In this document: in pieces, positions 38,068 to 48,252 of the stretch
How positions within the stretch are numbered: position 1 is the stretch's first letter
Layout: every line of letters begins with the position of its first letter
Assembly: GCA_038256885.1 (NCBI GenBank)
Contig: JBBSJW010000003.1
Span: forward strand, 5,273 to 69,272
Direction: 5' to 3'
DNA: 64,000 nucleotides
Origin: Propionibacteriales bacterium
GTDB taxonomy: Bacteria > Actinomycetota > Actinomycetes > Propionibacteriales > Nocardioidaceae
Made by a program: the position numbers and the translations under genes
Notes under the pieces: generated by a model
Databases searched by the model: none
Told to the model about the DNA's origin: nothing
The model's input: the letters and a program-made list of their open reading frames with translations, nothing else

Positions 38068-39309
38068 ATGTTCACCGAAGTCGCCACCGAGGACGTCCTG
38101 ACGGTCGTCCGGGCGCACGATTTCGAGGCCGATCCGGTGGCCCGATTCAGCGGTGCTCGCATCGACGCAGTCGCGGCACTTGATCGGTTGGTTCGTGCCG
38201 CTCAGGCCGAGCAGGCGGTGCAGATCGCAGCAATTCACGCCGAGCGATCGGCAACCATGGGCATTGGTCGTGGCGACCCGACTCTCTCGGTGATCGGTGA
38301 GATTGCCATGGCCCGCAACATCGGCCCGTCCGCTGCTGGGACCCAGGTCGGACTGGCGCTCGGACTCAAGCGGCTGCCGTTGGTCGCCGAGTTGTTCGCT
38401 GACGGCACCATTCCGCAGGCTGTTGCTCAGGCCGTCGTCAACGAGTCGGTCTGCCTCGCCGTCGACGACTCGGTGGTCTTCGACGGCGAGATCGCTCCAC
38501 GGCTACCCGGTCTGACAGCCAAGAAGGCGGCCAAGGCGGCCCGGCGAGAGGTGGTGCGAATCGATGTGGAGGCCGCACGTGAGCGCGCCGAGCGCAACCG
38601 AGCCGACCAGCGCGTGTCGATGTTCCCCGACACCGATGGGATCGCGATCCTGCAAGTGCGGGGTCCCGCCGAGCAGATCCTGGCCACCTACAACTCCCTC
38701 GACTCGTGGGCCCGCGGTCTCCGCTCGGCTGGTGACGAGCGCACGGTGGGCCAGATCATGGCCCAGACATTGGTCGAGCGCGTCACCGGACTCGCTCATG
38801 CCGATGCGATCGATGTCGAGATCCAGCTCGTCATGGATGCGCCCACCATGCTCGGTCAGGATGGCGAACCGGTCGACCTGGTCGGCTACGGCCCCATCAG
38901 TCCTGATGTGTCAGACGACCTCATCGCCCATGCACCCAACCCGTCGATCCGCCGCCTTCTGACCGATCCGATCGACGGCACACTCCTGGTGCGCGAACCA
39001 CGCCGTCGCCGCTTCGACTCACCAACCCGGCGTCACATCCGGGCCCGAGACCGGATCTGTCGGATGCCTGGTTGCGATGCGCGCATTCGCGATGACGACC
39101 ACATCCACGACCACGTTCTCGGTGGCTTGACAACATCAGACAACGGTCAAGGACTCTGCAAGCGGTCGCACACCATCAAGTCACTGCCCGGCTGGAAGGT
39201 CACGAGCGAGGGCAGGACCACGATCTGGCAGACGCCAACCGGCCACACCTACCGCAGCGACCCACCACCCTTGCTGCCCCGCAACCAACCCGGCCACCTC
39301 CGCCAATAG
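38068..39309 (+). CDS. DUF222 (13E12 repeat family) protein with C-terminal HNH domain
   Basis: RRLLTDP, RARDRICRMPGC...DHIHDH..GGLT..DNGQGLCKRSH..K...W, TPTGHTY. Confidence 0.88.
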   Translation: MFTEVATEDVLTVVRAHDFEADPVARFSGARIDAVAALDRLVRAAQAEQAVQIAAIHAERSATMGIGRGDPTLSVIGEIAMARNIGPSAAGTQVGLALGLKRLPLVAELFADGTIPQAVAQAVVNESVCLAVDDSVVFDGEIAPRLPGLTAKKAAKAARREVVRIDVEAARERAERNRADQRVSMFPDTDGIAILQVRGPAEQILATYNSLDSWARGLRSAGDERTVGQIMAQTLVERVTGLAHADAIDVEIQLVMDAPTMLGQDGEPVDLVGYGPISPDVSDDLIAHAPNPSIRRLLTDPIDGTLLVREPRRRRFDSPTRRHIRARDRICRMPGCDARIRDDDHIHDHVLGGLTTSDNGQGLCKRSHTIKSLPGWKVTSEGRTTIWQTPTGHTYRSDPPPLLPRNQPGHLRQ

Positions 39310-39359
39310 GTAGACACAAGCGGGCTTGGCCAGCCCACGTCCCACCCAGACATCTTCGA

Positions 39360-39833
39360 TCAGGACGGGAGCTGAACGAGCATGTAAGTCGCTGTGGCGC
39401 GCGCGAGGTCACGGCCCTCAGCGTCGCAGATCACGCACTCGGCACTCAGGATCAGGCGCCCGCGATGAACAACGGTGGCGCGGGCCGTCAGTGGGCCGCT
39501 CCTCGGTTGACGAAAGTAGCGGATGTGCATATCGGTGGTGACTTGGATGTGCTCCGTGCCGTGCAGCGACTGGGTGAGTGCCAAGGCGGCAGTCACGTCG
39601 GCGAATGTTGCGAGCATGCCGCCGTGCACAGTTCCAGGACCCGATCCTGCCGTCTCCGCACTCAGTTCCATGGTCGTCTCAGCCGAGTCCTCGGTGATCG
39701 CAATGATCGTGATTCCCATGCGGTCGTGAAGGCGAACCAGCTCACGATTCAAAATTGTGGCGGTCTCGAGGTCGCCGGCGTTCAGGGCTTCCATGGCCCG
39801 CGCAATAACCGATGGTTCAAGCTCGTCCGACAT
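39360..39833 (-). CDS. PaaI family thioesterase
   Basis: GTVHGGMLATFAD, TTDMHIRYFR, ARATATY. Confidence 0.85.
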   Translation of the reverse strand: MSDELEPSVIARAMEALNAGDLETATILNRELVRLHDRMGITIIAITEDSAETTMELSAETAGSGPGTVHGGMLATFADVTAALALTQSLHGTEHIQVTTDMHIRYFRQPRSGPLTARATVVHRGRLILSAECVICDAEGRDLARATATYMLVQLPS

Positions 39834-39944
39834 CTGCCCAACCTAAGGGCAACCACGGCGCCATGTCTTGGGTTGGGGTGAAGGCGGGTACTCAGACCGA
39901 TCTGCGTGTCGGCTGCGCTGGTCGCGGCGCTCTAGTCTTGGTTG

Positions 39945-41243
39945 GTGACCGACGCCAGCCCACGACAGCGAGGGGCGCTGTTGGTGTGGTTCGTTGGGCT
40001 TCTTGTCTACCTGCTTGCGGTGTTTCATCGCTCGTCGCTCGCGGTCGCTGGCCTGGCCGCAACCGAGCGGTTCGACATCTCAGCTGCCCAGTTGTCGACG
40101 TTCACGATGCTGCAGCTGCTGGTCTACACGGCCATGCAGATCCCGGTCGGGCTGATCCTCGATCGCTTCGGCTCACGCCGCGTCATGCTCACCGGCCTGG
40201 TGACGTTGACGGCCGCGCAGTCGTTGTTCGCAGTCGCCGATACGTACGCGGTCGCGCTCATCGCGCGAGTCGTCGTCGGTATCGGCGACGCCATGATCTT
40301 CGTGTGTCTCCTCCGCTTGGTGAACACCTGGTTCGCACCTCGGCGCATCCCGTTGTTCACGCAGATGACCGGCGTTCTCGGCCAGCTCGGTGCCATCATT
40401 GCGGCCGTGCCGATGACGTTGGCGCTGCGCGAGCTCGGCTGGACCAAGGCGTACCTCCTCGCCGCGGCGATCGGCCTCTTCCTGCTGGTTGCACTCCTGG
40501 TGTTCATCCGCGACTCACCGGCGGAGCGATCCGCGAGCGGTCCGGCGATGTCGCTCACCACGATCAGACGCAGCCTGGGTGAGTCGTGGGAGCACCCCGG
40601 CACTCGCCTCGGCCTGTGGACCCACTTCACGACGCAGTTCAGCGCCACAACACTCGGTCTGTTGTGGGGCTATCCGTTCTTCGTACGTGGCGAGAACCTG
40701 TCATCGGGTCAGGCCGGAGCTCTGCTTACGATCCTGGTGGTCGCCGTCATGGCGGCCGGTCCGGTGTTGGCATGGTTCATCACCCGGCACCCGTGGCATC
40801 GATCAACTCTCGTGATCGGGATCGTGTCTGCGATTGTCGTGATGTGGACGATCGTGCTGACCTGGCGGGGCGACGCTCCATTCTGGTTGCTCGTGCTCCT
40901 GATGGTCGCGGTGGGCGTCGGTGGTCCGGCCTCGATGATCGGCTTCGACTTCGGACGCTCGTTCAATCCCGAGCACCGCATGGGTGCTGCGATCGGCATC
41001 ATCAACCAGGGTGGGTTCTTCGCCAGCCTCGTACTGGTCATCGCCATCGGAATCATCCTCGACTGGCGAACTCCCGGGAGCAGCACGGCGTACACACCCT
41101 CGGCATTCCGCTGGGCGATGTCGTTCCAGTACGTGCTCTGGGGGATCGGCTTGGTGCAGATCTGGCGCTACCGGGTGCAGGTACGCGCCACGATCATGCG
41201 CGACGAACCCGAGGCGTACGGCCGCACCCGCGAGCTCGGCTAA
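39945..41243 (+). CDS. MFS transporter
   Basis: About 12 TM segments, GLILDRFGSRR motif A. Confidence 0.88.
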   Translation: MTDASPRQRGALLVWFVGLLVYLLAVFHRSSLAVAGLAATERFDISAAQLSTFTMLQLLVYTAMQIPVGLILDRFGSRRVMLTGLVTLTAAQSLFAVADTYAVALIARVVVGIGDAMIFVCLLRLVNTWFAPRRIPLFTQMTGVLGQLGAIIAAVPMTLALRELGWTKAYLLAAAIGLFLLVALLVFIRDSPAERSASGPAMSLTTIRRSLGESWEHPGTRLGLWTHFTTQFSATTLGLLWGYPFFVRGENLSSGQAGALLTILVVAVMAAGPVLAWFITRHPWHRSTLVIGIVSAIVVMWTIVLTWRGDAPFWLLVLLMVAVGVGGPASMIGFDFGRSFNPEHRMGAAIGIINQGGFFASLVLVIAIGIILDWRTPGSSTAYTPSAFRWAMSFQYVLWGIGLVQIWRYRVQVRATIMRDEPEAYGRTRELG

Positions 41244-41282
41244 CCCGACTTCCCGGGTCGGTACGTCAATAGGTCAGCGAGT

Positions 41283-42095
41283 TTAACGACCGCTGAGGTG
41301 CCGACGGATTGCGTCCAGGACGACGGCCTGCTGCTCGACGAACGGTAGGTGCCCGGCCCCCTCCACGACGAGCGGGGTTCCGTCGCCCAAGCCATCTGCC
41401 AGGCGGCGGGTGCCCTCGGGGGAGAATAGAAAGTCGTCGGCACCCGACAGAACCAGGGTCGGCGAAGTGATCTCGGCAAGGCGGTCGCTCACGTCCCAGT
41501 CGGCAAGGGCACGGCTGCCGCCCTCGCTCCCGGCGCTGCTGAAGATCAGATCAGCGAGCAGCGGCATCATTGCCTCGGGCGGGGAGTGAGGCAGGTACCA
41601 GGGGCCGGTCGCCTCGAAGAATCTCAACATGTCCTCGCGGGTCTGGGTCGGCAGAGCGAAAGCGGTCATCTGTTCGGCCGGAACACCGAGGCGTTGCAGG
41701 CCGCCGACCACCGACTCCTCAGTCGGGCCGGTGCTACCGGTGTCGAGCAGGATCAACCCGTGCAATCGGTCGGCAAAACGCAATGCGTACTCGAGCGCCA
41801 CGAACCCGCCGTAGGAATGTCCGAGGAGCCAGGTCCGCTCCGCGCCCAAATGTTCGCGCAGCGCGTCCACGTCTTCGGCCAGCCGCGGCAGTGTGATGTC
41901 GTCGCCCGAGCCGGTCGAGCGGCCGTTGGCGCGGAAGTCCAGGTAGGCCAGATGAACGTCGTGGGCAAGTGGGTCGAACCAGGGGCGCAGTGAGGTGTGA
42001 TCCAGCCCCAGTCCGCCGTGCAGGGCGATCACCAGGTCTCCCGCTCCCATGGTGTCGAACCAGAGGACGGCGCCGTCCACGTCGAAGGTGGCCAT
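41283..42095 (-). CDS. Alpha/beta hydrolase (proline iminopeptidase-like)
   Basis: LHGGLG, DFRANGRS, GHSYGG, GAGHLP. Confidence 0.8.
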   Translation of the reverse strand: MATFDVDGAVLWFDTMGAGDLVIALHGGLGLDHTSLRPWFDPLAHDVHLAYLDFRANGRSTGSGDDITLPRLAEDVDALREHLGAERTWLLGHSYGGFVALEYALRFADRLHGLILLDTGSTGPTEESVVGGLQRLGVPAEQMTAFALPTQTREDMLRFFEATGPWYLPHSPPEAMMPLLADLIFSSAGSEGGSRALADWDVSDRLAEITSPTLVLSGADDFLFSPEGTRRLADGLGDGTPLVVEGAGHLPFVEQQAVVLDAIRRHLSGR

Positions 42096-42164
42096 GGATG
42101 AAGGCTAGTCCTCGGAAGAGACACGGCAACCGCGTTTCGGGGTTCGAATCCGTGTCCTGGGTGG

Positions 42165-42213
42165 ACGACGACAGCCGCCCATCACAAAGAGCGTGATGAG
42201 CGGCTGTCGTCGT
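42165..42213 (-). terminator. 21-bp hairpin immediately 3' of tRNA-Ser
   Basis: ACGACGACAGCCGCCCATCAC-aaagagc-GTGATGAGCGGCTGTCGTCGT. Confidence 0.65.
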
Positions 42214-42301
42214 TGGCGGAGGATAGGGGATTCGAACCCCTGAGAGCTTTCACTCAACCCGCTTTCCAAGCGAGCGCACTAGGCCACTATGCGAATCCTC
42301 C
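42214..42301 (-). tRNA. tRNA-Ser (GGA)
   Basis: GGAGGATTCGCATAGTGGCCTAGTGCGCTCGCTT-GGA-AAGCGGG, long variable arm, GGTTCGAATCC, encoded CCA. Confidence 0.95.
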
Positions 42302-42405
42302 GCGGACGAGGTTACCGGTCGGACTGCTCAGTCAACGAATCGGTACCACGAGAGCGGAGCACGACCGAGTTGGGTGCTGCCCCATCGGCTCCGTATGATG
42401 GAGTC

Positions 42406-42497
42406 AGCCCCTCGCGCGGCGACACATCACCCAACTCCCCCAGGGCCGGAAGGCAGCAAGGGTCAGTGAGCTCTGTCGGGTGCGCGAGGGGTCCTTC
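42406..42497 (+). ncRNA. ffs: Signal recognition particle RNA (small bacterial SRP, 4.5S)
   Basis: CAGGGCCGGAAGGCAGCAAGGG domain IV core; terminal stem GCCCCTCGCGC/GCGCGAGGGGT; TATGAT -10 at 42394-42399. Confidence 0.92.
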
Positions 42498-42513
42498 ATG
42501 CCCGGACCCAGAG

Positions 42514-42906
42514 CTAGGCGGCGCTTCCCAGGAGCCGTTCGAGGAGCCGCGGGTCGCTCGGCCAGGCGTCGAGCAATACGTCGCGAGGCACACGTCGGGC
42601 TGCGAAGCGCAGCAGGAGCACCACGGCGACCACGTCGTCGAGTGGGCCGATGACCGGCAGGAACTCGGGCAAGAGGTCGATCGGCGAGATCACCCAGACG
42701 ATCGCGACGAGCATGGCGATCTTGGCGCTGCGAGGCACGTCCGGATGCTTGCGCAGCTTTCGCGCGGTCGTGACACAGGACGGCAAGAACTCCGCGATTT
42801 GCCGCAACAGTCCAGCAGGAAGTCGATGGGCGAAGAGCGCCATCAACAGACAGCTGATGGCCCACAACGCCAGGACCACCCCTGCGATCACCAGGAGCTT
42901 GGTCAC
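42514..42906 (-). CDS. YkvA/DUF1232 family membrane protein
   Basis: SPIDLLPEFLPVIGPLDD motif. Confidence 0.85.
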   Translation of the reverse strand: MTKLLVIAGVVLALWAISCLLMALFAHRLPAGLLRQIAEFLPSCVTTARKLRKHPDVPRSAKIAMLVAIVWVISPIDLLPEFLPVIGPLDDVVAVVLLLRFAARRVPRDVLLDAWPSDPRLLERLLGSAA

Positions 42907-42917
42907 CGAGGAGTGCC

Positions 42918-44051
42918 CTAGGGAAGTGGCTCGATGACCGTGTGGTCGTCGAGTCTCGTGACCAGCTCTGCCAGGTGGTGGCGACCATCGCCGAGTGTGT
43001 GGTCGATCGCCGTGAGTCGGCTGGTGAAGTGACCGACGCTGTACTCCGCAGTCATGCCGATGCCACCGTGCAGCTGGATCGCTTCCTTGCCGATGTGTCG
43101 CCCGGCCTTGCTGACCTGCAGCTTGGCGCGAGACGCCGCTTCGAGGGCGTCTCCGCCGTCGAGCAGCACCAGCGTTGCCCAGGTGACGACACTGCGGGCG
43201 AGCTCGAGCTCGACGTACATGTCGGCCGCCCGGAACGTGAGCGCCTGGAACGTGCTCAGCGGTACGCCGAACTGCTTGCGCGTCTTGAGGTACTCAGTCG
43301 TCTGCTCCAGCGCGGTCTGCATCGCGCCCAGCGATTCGTGCCCGTACGCGACCTGCGCTTCGGCGATGACCTTCGCGATGACTGCCGACTGGTCTCCGGC
43401 TTCGCCCAGTGCGGTGGCTGGGGTGTCGCTGAGACCGATGCGCGCAGCGCGGCCGCCTTCGAACGTGGCGTAGCCGTCACGGGTCAGGCCGTCAGCGTCG
43501 GGCTTCACCAGGAACAGGCCGGTGCCACCGTCGACGGCTGCGCTCACGATCAGCAGGTCGGCGCGTCCGCCGCCGATGACGGGCTCCTTGACGCCGGTCA
43601 GGGTCCAGGCGTCGCCCTGCTTGGTCGCCGTGACCCCGATCGCTGTTTCGCTGTAGCGCTGGTTGGGCTCGTTGTGAGCGAACGCGGGCACGAGCGCACC
43701 TTCGGACAGTGCGCCAAGGATCTCGGCACGCTGCTCGTCAGTGCCTGCTGCCGCGACGAGTCCACCGGCGAGCACGACCGCTTCGACGTACGGTTCGGGG
43801 GCGATGACTCGTCCGATCTCCTCGGCGACGATCGAGACCTCGACCGGGCCTGCGCCCATGCCGCCATCGGCCTCGGCGAACGGCAGCCCGAGCGCACCCA
43901 TCTCGGCGAGCTGCGCCCAGACCTTGTCATCCCAGCCGTGCTCGAGCTTGGTGGCCTCGCGACGGGTCTCCGACGATTCGTACGCCTTGCCCAGCAGTCC
44001 GCGTACGGCGTCGCGCAGCGCGACCTGCTCTGCATCGAGTGTGAAGTCCAT
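42918..44051 (-). CDS. Acyl-CoA dehydrogenase (PimD-like partner subunit)
   Basis: MDFTLDAEQ, RKQFGVPL, QLHGGIGMT. Confidence 0.88.
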   Translation of the reverse strand: MDFTLDAEQVALRDAVRGLLGKAYESSETRREATKLEHGWDDKVWAQLAEMGALGLPFAEADGGMGAGPVEVSIVAEEIGRVIAPEPYVEAVVLAGGLVAAAGTDEQRAEILGALSEGALVPAFAHNEPNQRYSETAIGVTATKQGDAWTLTGVKEPVIGGGRADLLIVSAAVDGGTGLFLVKPDADGLTRDGYATFEGGRAARIGLSDTPATALGEAGDQSAVIAKVIAEAQVAYGHESLGAMQTALEQTTEYLKTRKQFGVPLSTFQALTFRAADMYVELELARSVVTWATLVLLDGGDALEAASRAKLQVSKAGRHIGKEAIQLHGGIGMTAEYSVGHFTSRLTAIDHTLGDGRHHLAELVTRLDDHTVIEPLP

Positions 44052-44052
44052 G

Positions 44053-45231
44053 TCAGCCTCTCAGTCCCAGGATCGTGCCAGCGATGATCGTGCGCTGCAC
44101 CTCGTTGGAGCCGCCATAGATGGAGGCCTTGCGGAAGTTGAGGTAGTACGGCGTCGACACCTTGTTCCAGTCGGCCAGGTCGGATTCAGGACCGGCGCCG
44201 GACGCCAGCGATGCCGGACCGCCCATGTCGACGTAGAGCTCGGTGACTGCCTGCTGCAGCTCACTGCCGCGCAGCTTGAGCACCGATGACGCCGGGTGCG
44301 GCTTGCCATCGGCGGAGTGGGCGACCACGCGTAGTGCTGTGAGCTCGAGTGCGAGCAGCTCGTTCTCCAGATCTGCGATCTGCGAGGCGTACAGCGGATC
44401 GTCGAGCAGCGAGGTGCCACCGGGGCCCGCCGTCTTGGCGTACTCCTTGGCAGCCGCGAGTGAACGCTTGGTAGCTCCGACCGGTGCGACGCCCACTCGC
44501 TCGTTGCCGAGGAGGAACTTGGCGTAGTCCCACCCCTTGTTCTCCTCGCCGACCAGGTTCTCGGCGGGTACGCGGACGTTGTCGAAGAACACCTCGTTGA
44601 CCTCGAAGCCGCCGTCGATCAGCTCGATCGGGCGAACGGTGACGCCGGGGGTCGTCATATCGATCAGCAGGAACGAGATGCCGGCCTGCTTCTTGGCCTC
44701 GGGATCGGTGCGGACCAGGTTGAAGATCCAGTCGCCGTACTGGCCTAGCGTCGTCCACGTCTTCTGGCCATTGACGACGTACTCATCGCCTTCCTTGACC
44801 GCGGTAGTGCGCAGCGAGGCGAGGTCGGAGCCGGCATCCGGCTCGGAGAATCCCTGCGACCACCAGATGTCGAGGTTGGCCGTCTTGGGCAGGAAGCGTT
44901 CCTTGAGCTCCTGCGAGCCGAAGGCTGCGATGACCGGTCCGACCATTCCGGCGTTGAACGCCAGGGGGATCGGGACGTTGGCGAGCTGCATCTCCTCGTG
45001 CCAGATGTGTCGCTGCAGGGGAGTCCAGTCCTTGCCGCCCCACTCGACCGGCCAGTTGGGCACGGCGATGCCACCGGCGTTCAGCGTCTGCTGCGCCTCG
45101 ACGATCTGCTCCTTGGTGAGCTCATGTCGAGCCGCGACAGTGTCGCGGATCTCCTTGGACACCTTGGTCGTGAAGAACTCGCGCATTTCCTCGCGGAACG
45201 CGACGTCCTCGTCAGACAGCTGAAGTCTCAT
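44053..45231 (-). CDS. Acyl-CoA dehydrogenase (PimC-like subunit)
   Basis: QGFSEPDAGSDLASL, NGQKTWT, SIYGGSNEVQR; adjacent to a second ACAD, typical of heteromeric pairs. Confidence 0.9.
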   Translation of the reverse strand: MRLQLSDEDVAFREEMREFFTTKVSKEIRDTVAARHELTKEQIVEAQQTLNAGGIAVPNWPVEWGGKDWTPLQRHIWHEEMQLANVPIPLAFNAGMVGPVIAAFGSQELKERFLPKTANLDIWWSQGFSEPDAGSDLASLRTTAVKEGDEYVVNGQKTWTTLGQYGDWIFNLVRTDPEAKKQAGISFLLIDMTTPGVTVRPIELIDGGFEVNEVFFDNVRVPAENLVGEENKGWDYAKFLLGNERVGVAPVGATKRSLAAAKEYAKTAGPGGTSLLDDPLYASQIADLENELLALELTALRVVAHSADGKPHPASSVLKLRGSELQQAVTELYVDMGGPASLASGAGPESDLADWNKVSTPYYLNFRKASIYGGSNEVQRTIIAGTILGLRG

Positions 45232-45351
45232 GCTCGGCTCCTGTAACTTCCTGCACCGTGAGTGCAACTTCATCGTAGGCTCAGCATCGTACGCCTCGGC
45301 TTGGCCCCCAGCGTATGTTCAATTCGCGGCACTAGCAGGAGGAACGATTTC

Positions 45352-46344
45352 ATGAGCGCGAGTACGTGGGTCGCTGACGACCTCGGCACGGGGTACGAGC
45401 AGCTGACGATCCCGTTGGGCACCGATCCCGACGGTGAGGGCACGATCGAAGCCACCCTCGTACGGCGAACGCCGCCGGCGCAGGTCGAAGGCGCCGTGAT
45501 CTACGTGCACGGATTCAGCGACTACTTCTTCCAGACCGAGCTCGCCGACTTCTTCGCCGACCGAGGCTTCGCGTTCTACGCGCTAGACCTGCGCAAGTGC
45601 GGACGCTCGCGTCGCGAAGGGCAGACCGGCCATTTCGTCTCCGACCTGTCGCTGTACGACAAGGAGCTCGAGCGTGCGCTCGCGATCGTCCAGGAAGAGA
45701 CCGGCGGCAAGCCGGTCGTCCTGTCGGGCCATTCGACGGGTGGCCTGGTCCTCTCGCTGTGGCTCGATCGACTCAACAAGATGGCGGGCGGATCGGCTGG
45801 CGCTGGCATCGTCGGGCTCATCCTCAACAGCCCGTGGTTCGACCTTCAGGGCAAGGCCTGGATGCGCTCAGTGGGCACCAAGGCGATCGCCGGCGTTGCG
45901 AAGGTCAAGCCAACGACTTCGATCAACCTTCCGGCAACCGATGCGTACGGCAGCAGCCTGCACGCAAGCGCCCACGGCGAGTGGGAGTTCAACACCGCGT
46001 TCAAGCCGCTCAACGGATTCCCGGTGACGTTCGGCTGGCTGACCGCGATTCGCCGTGGCCATGCCCAGCTGCACAAGGGGCTCGATGTCGGAGTGCCGTC
46101 GCTGGTGCTCCGATCGTCCAAGACCCGGTTCGCCCGTACGTGGACCGAGGCCGTCGATGAAGCCGATGCGGTGCTCGACGTGAAGCAGATCGCTCGATGG
46201 GCCGGTTGCCTCGGAAATGCGCTGACTTCACTGCCGATCGAGAACGCCAGACACGACGTTTTCATCTCCAAGGATGAGCCGCGCAAGGCGGCATACGCGG
46301 CTGTCGACACTTGGCTGCGCGCCACCTCGCTGATCCCTTCGTGA
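45352..46344 (+). CDS. Alpha/beta hydrolase (lysophospholipase-like)
   Basis: HGFSDYFFQ, DLRKCGRS, GHSTGG, HDVF; AGGAGG SD. Confidence 0.85.
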   Translation: MSASTWVADDLGTGYEQLTIPLGTDPDGEGTIEATLVRRTPPAQVEGAVIYVHGFSDYFFQTELADFFADRGFAFYALDLRKCGRSRREGQTGHFVSDLSLYDKELERALAIVQEETGGKPVVLSGHSTGGLVLSLWLDRLNKMAGGSAGAGIVGLILNSPWFDLQGKAWMRSVGTKAIAGVAKVKPTTSINLPATDAYGSSLHASAHGEWEFNTAFKPLNGFPVTFGWLTAIRRGHAQLHKGLDVGVPSLVLRSSKTRFARTWTEAVDEADAVLDVKQIARWAGCLGNALTSLPIENARHDVFISKDEPRKAAYAAVDTWLRATSLIPS

Positions 46345-46386
46345 TCGGGGTCGTCAGCGTCGTACGAGGTCTATAGAGTTCACGAC

Positions 46387-48252
46387 GTGGATGCCCCCCT
46401 TGCTCTCTATCGCCGCTACCGGCCGGAGACGTTTGCCGAGGTGATCGGGCAGGACCACGTCACCGAGCCCTTGCGTCACGCGCTCGCCGCCAACAAGGTC
46501 AATCACGCTTACCTGTTCTCCGGGCCACGCGGCTGTGGCAAGACGACCAGTGCGCGCATCCTTGCCCGCGCCCTAAACTGCGAGAAGGCGCCCGTTGCCG
46601 AACCGTGTGGCGAGTGCCAGAGCTGTCGCGACCTGGCTCGCGGTGGGCCCGGAAGCATCGACGTCATCGAGATCGACGCGGCCAGCCACGGTGGTGTCGA
46701 CGATGCCCGTGACCTGCGCGAACGCGCCTTCTTCGCCCCGGTCAGCAGCCGCTACAAGGTCTACATCATCGACGAGGCCCACATGGTCTCGCCGCAGGGC
46801 TTCAACGCGCTGCTCAAGCTGGTCGAAGAGCCGCCGCCGCACCTCAAGTTCATTTTCGCGACGACCGAACCCGACAAGGTGATCGGCACGATCAAGTCGC
46901 GTACGCACCACTACCCGTTCCGGCTGGTGCCGCCCAAGATCCTCGGTGACTACCTCCTCGAGCTCTGCAAGTCCGAGGACGTCAAGCTCGAGCCCAACGC
47001 CCTTCCGCTCGTCGTACGCGCTGGTCAGGGCTCGGTCCGAGACACACTCAGCGTGCTCGACCAGCTGCTCGGCGGTGCCGGCCCCCAGGGCGTCACCTAC
47101 GACATCGCCGTCCAGCTGCTCGGCTACACGCCCGACTCGCTGCTCGACGAGGCGATTGATGCGTTCGCGGCCAGCGATGGCGCGACGGTGTTCGGCGTCG
47201 TCGACAAGATCATCGAGTCGGGTCAGGATCCGCGCCGATTCGCCGAGGACTTCCTGCAGCGGCTGCGCGATCTCGTCATCGTCGCGGCCGTGCCGGATGC
47301 GTTGTCCACCGGTCTGCTCGACGTACCGGGCGATCGCGCCGAGCGACTGTTGTCCCAGGCCAGCGGATTCGGCCCGTCCGAGCTCACGCGTGCGGCTGAC
47401 ATCGTCAATGCGGCGCTGATGGAGTTCCGCGGAGCCACGGCCCCGCGACTGCTGCTCGAGCTGATGTGCGCGCGCATCCTCGTACCCGGATCTGACAACT
47501 CGACCCAGGGATTCCAAGCCCGCCTCGACCGCCTGGAGCGCCGCCTCTCTATCGACGGCGGTGCTGCTCCCGCACCAGCAGCACCCGCTCAGGCTGCTCC
47601 GGTTGCTGCCAAGCCGGCACCTCCCGCAGAGCCTGCCCCGCCGGTTGAGCCCACGGAGACCCCGCAGCCTGAGGTCGCAGTCGAGGCAGCCCTTGCTGAA
47701 CTCGAGCCCGAGCCTGCTCCCGCTGCTCCAGCTGGGTCAATGACGATCGCGGACGTACGCCGCCTGTGGCCAGACGTGCTCGACAAGATCCGCGAGCTGC
47801 GTCGCTTCGCCTGGGTGATGTTGAGCCAGAACGCCCAGGTCATGTCCTTGGACGGAACGACGTTGACCATCGCACTCGTCAACCCGGGTGCGCGAGACTC
47901 GTTCGTCAGCAGCCGCTCCGACGAATACGTCCAGCAGGCCCTGCATGCCGTGCTCGGCGTGACGTGGACGATCGACGCAATCGTCGATCCGAGCGCTCGT
48001 CCTGCCGCTTCCTCGCCCGCGACTCCGGGTCCTGCGCCTGAGCCAGTCGAGCCCGAAGCCCCGGCACCACCTCGTGCGTCATCGGCTGCCGCACGTGAAG
48101 CGATGAACGAGCAGCCGTCGGCCGAGGACAGCAACCCCGATGCATCCGCCGATCGCGATGATCCCGTCGTCGACCACGAGGACATCGACCCTGAGCTGTT
48201 GTTGAGTCGCGAGCTGGGGGCGGAAGTCATTGGCGAGACCACCGGGGACTGA
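46387..48252 (+). CDS. dnaX: DNA polymerase III subunit gamma/tau
   Basis: LYRRYRP, SGPRGCGKTT, Cys cluster, EIDAAS, IIDEAHM, LLKLVEEPP. Confidence 0.95.
   Translation: MDAPLALYRRYRPETFAEVIGQDHVTEPLRHALAANKVNHAYLFSGPRGCGKTTSARILARALNCEKAPVAEPCGECQSCRDLARGGPGSIDVIEIDAASHGGVDDARDLRERAFFAPVSSRYKVYIIDEAHMVSPQGFNALLKLVEEPPPHLKFIFATTEPDKVIGTIKSRTHHYPFRLVPPKILGDYLLELCKSEDVKLEPNALPLVVRAGQGSVRDTLSVLDQLLGGAGPQGVTYDIAVQLLGYTPDSLLDEAIDAFAASDGATVFGVVDKIIESGQDPRRFAEDFLQRLRDLVIVAAVPDALSTGLLDVPGDRAERLLSQASGFGPSELTRAADIVNAALMEFRGATAPRLLLELMCARILVPGSDNSTQGFQARLDRLERRLSIDGGAAPAPAAPAQAAPVAAKPAPPAEPAPPVEPTETPQPEVAVEAALAELEPEPAPAAPAGSMTIADVRRLWPDVLDKIRELRRFAWVMLSQNAQVMSLDGTTLTIALVNPGARDSFVSSRSDEYVQQALHAVLGVTWTIDAIVDPSARPAASSPATPGPAPEPVEPEAPAPPRASSAAAREAMNEQPSAEDSNPDASADRDDPVVDHEDIDPELLLSRELGAEVIGETTGD

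Noticed and set aside
42139-42151. GGGGTTCGAATCC, identical to the tRNA-Ser T-arm, as a possible attachment-site duplication
   Set aside because: It is inverted relative to the tRNA, only 13 bp, and no integrase or island is nearby
46358-46379. PafBC-like motif upstream of dnaX
   Set aside because: CGTCGT-N10-TAGAGT deviates at two of six positions; too weak
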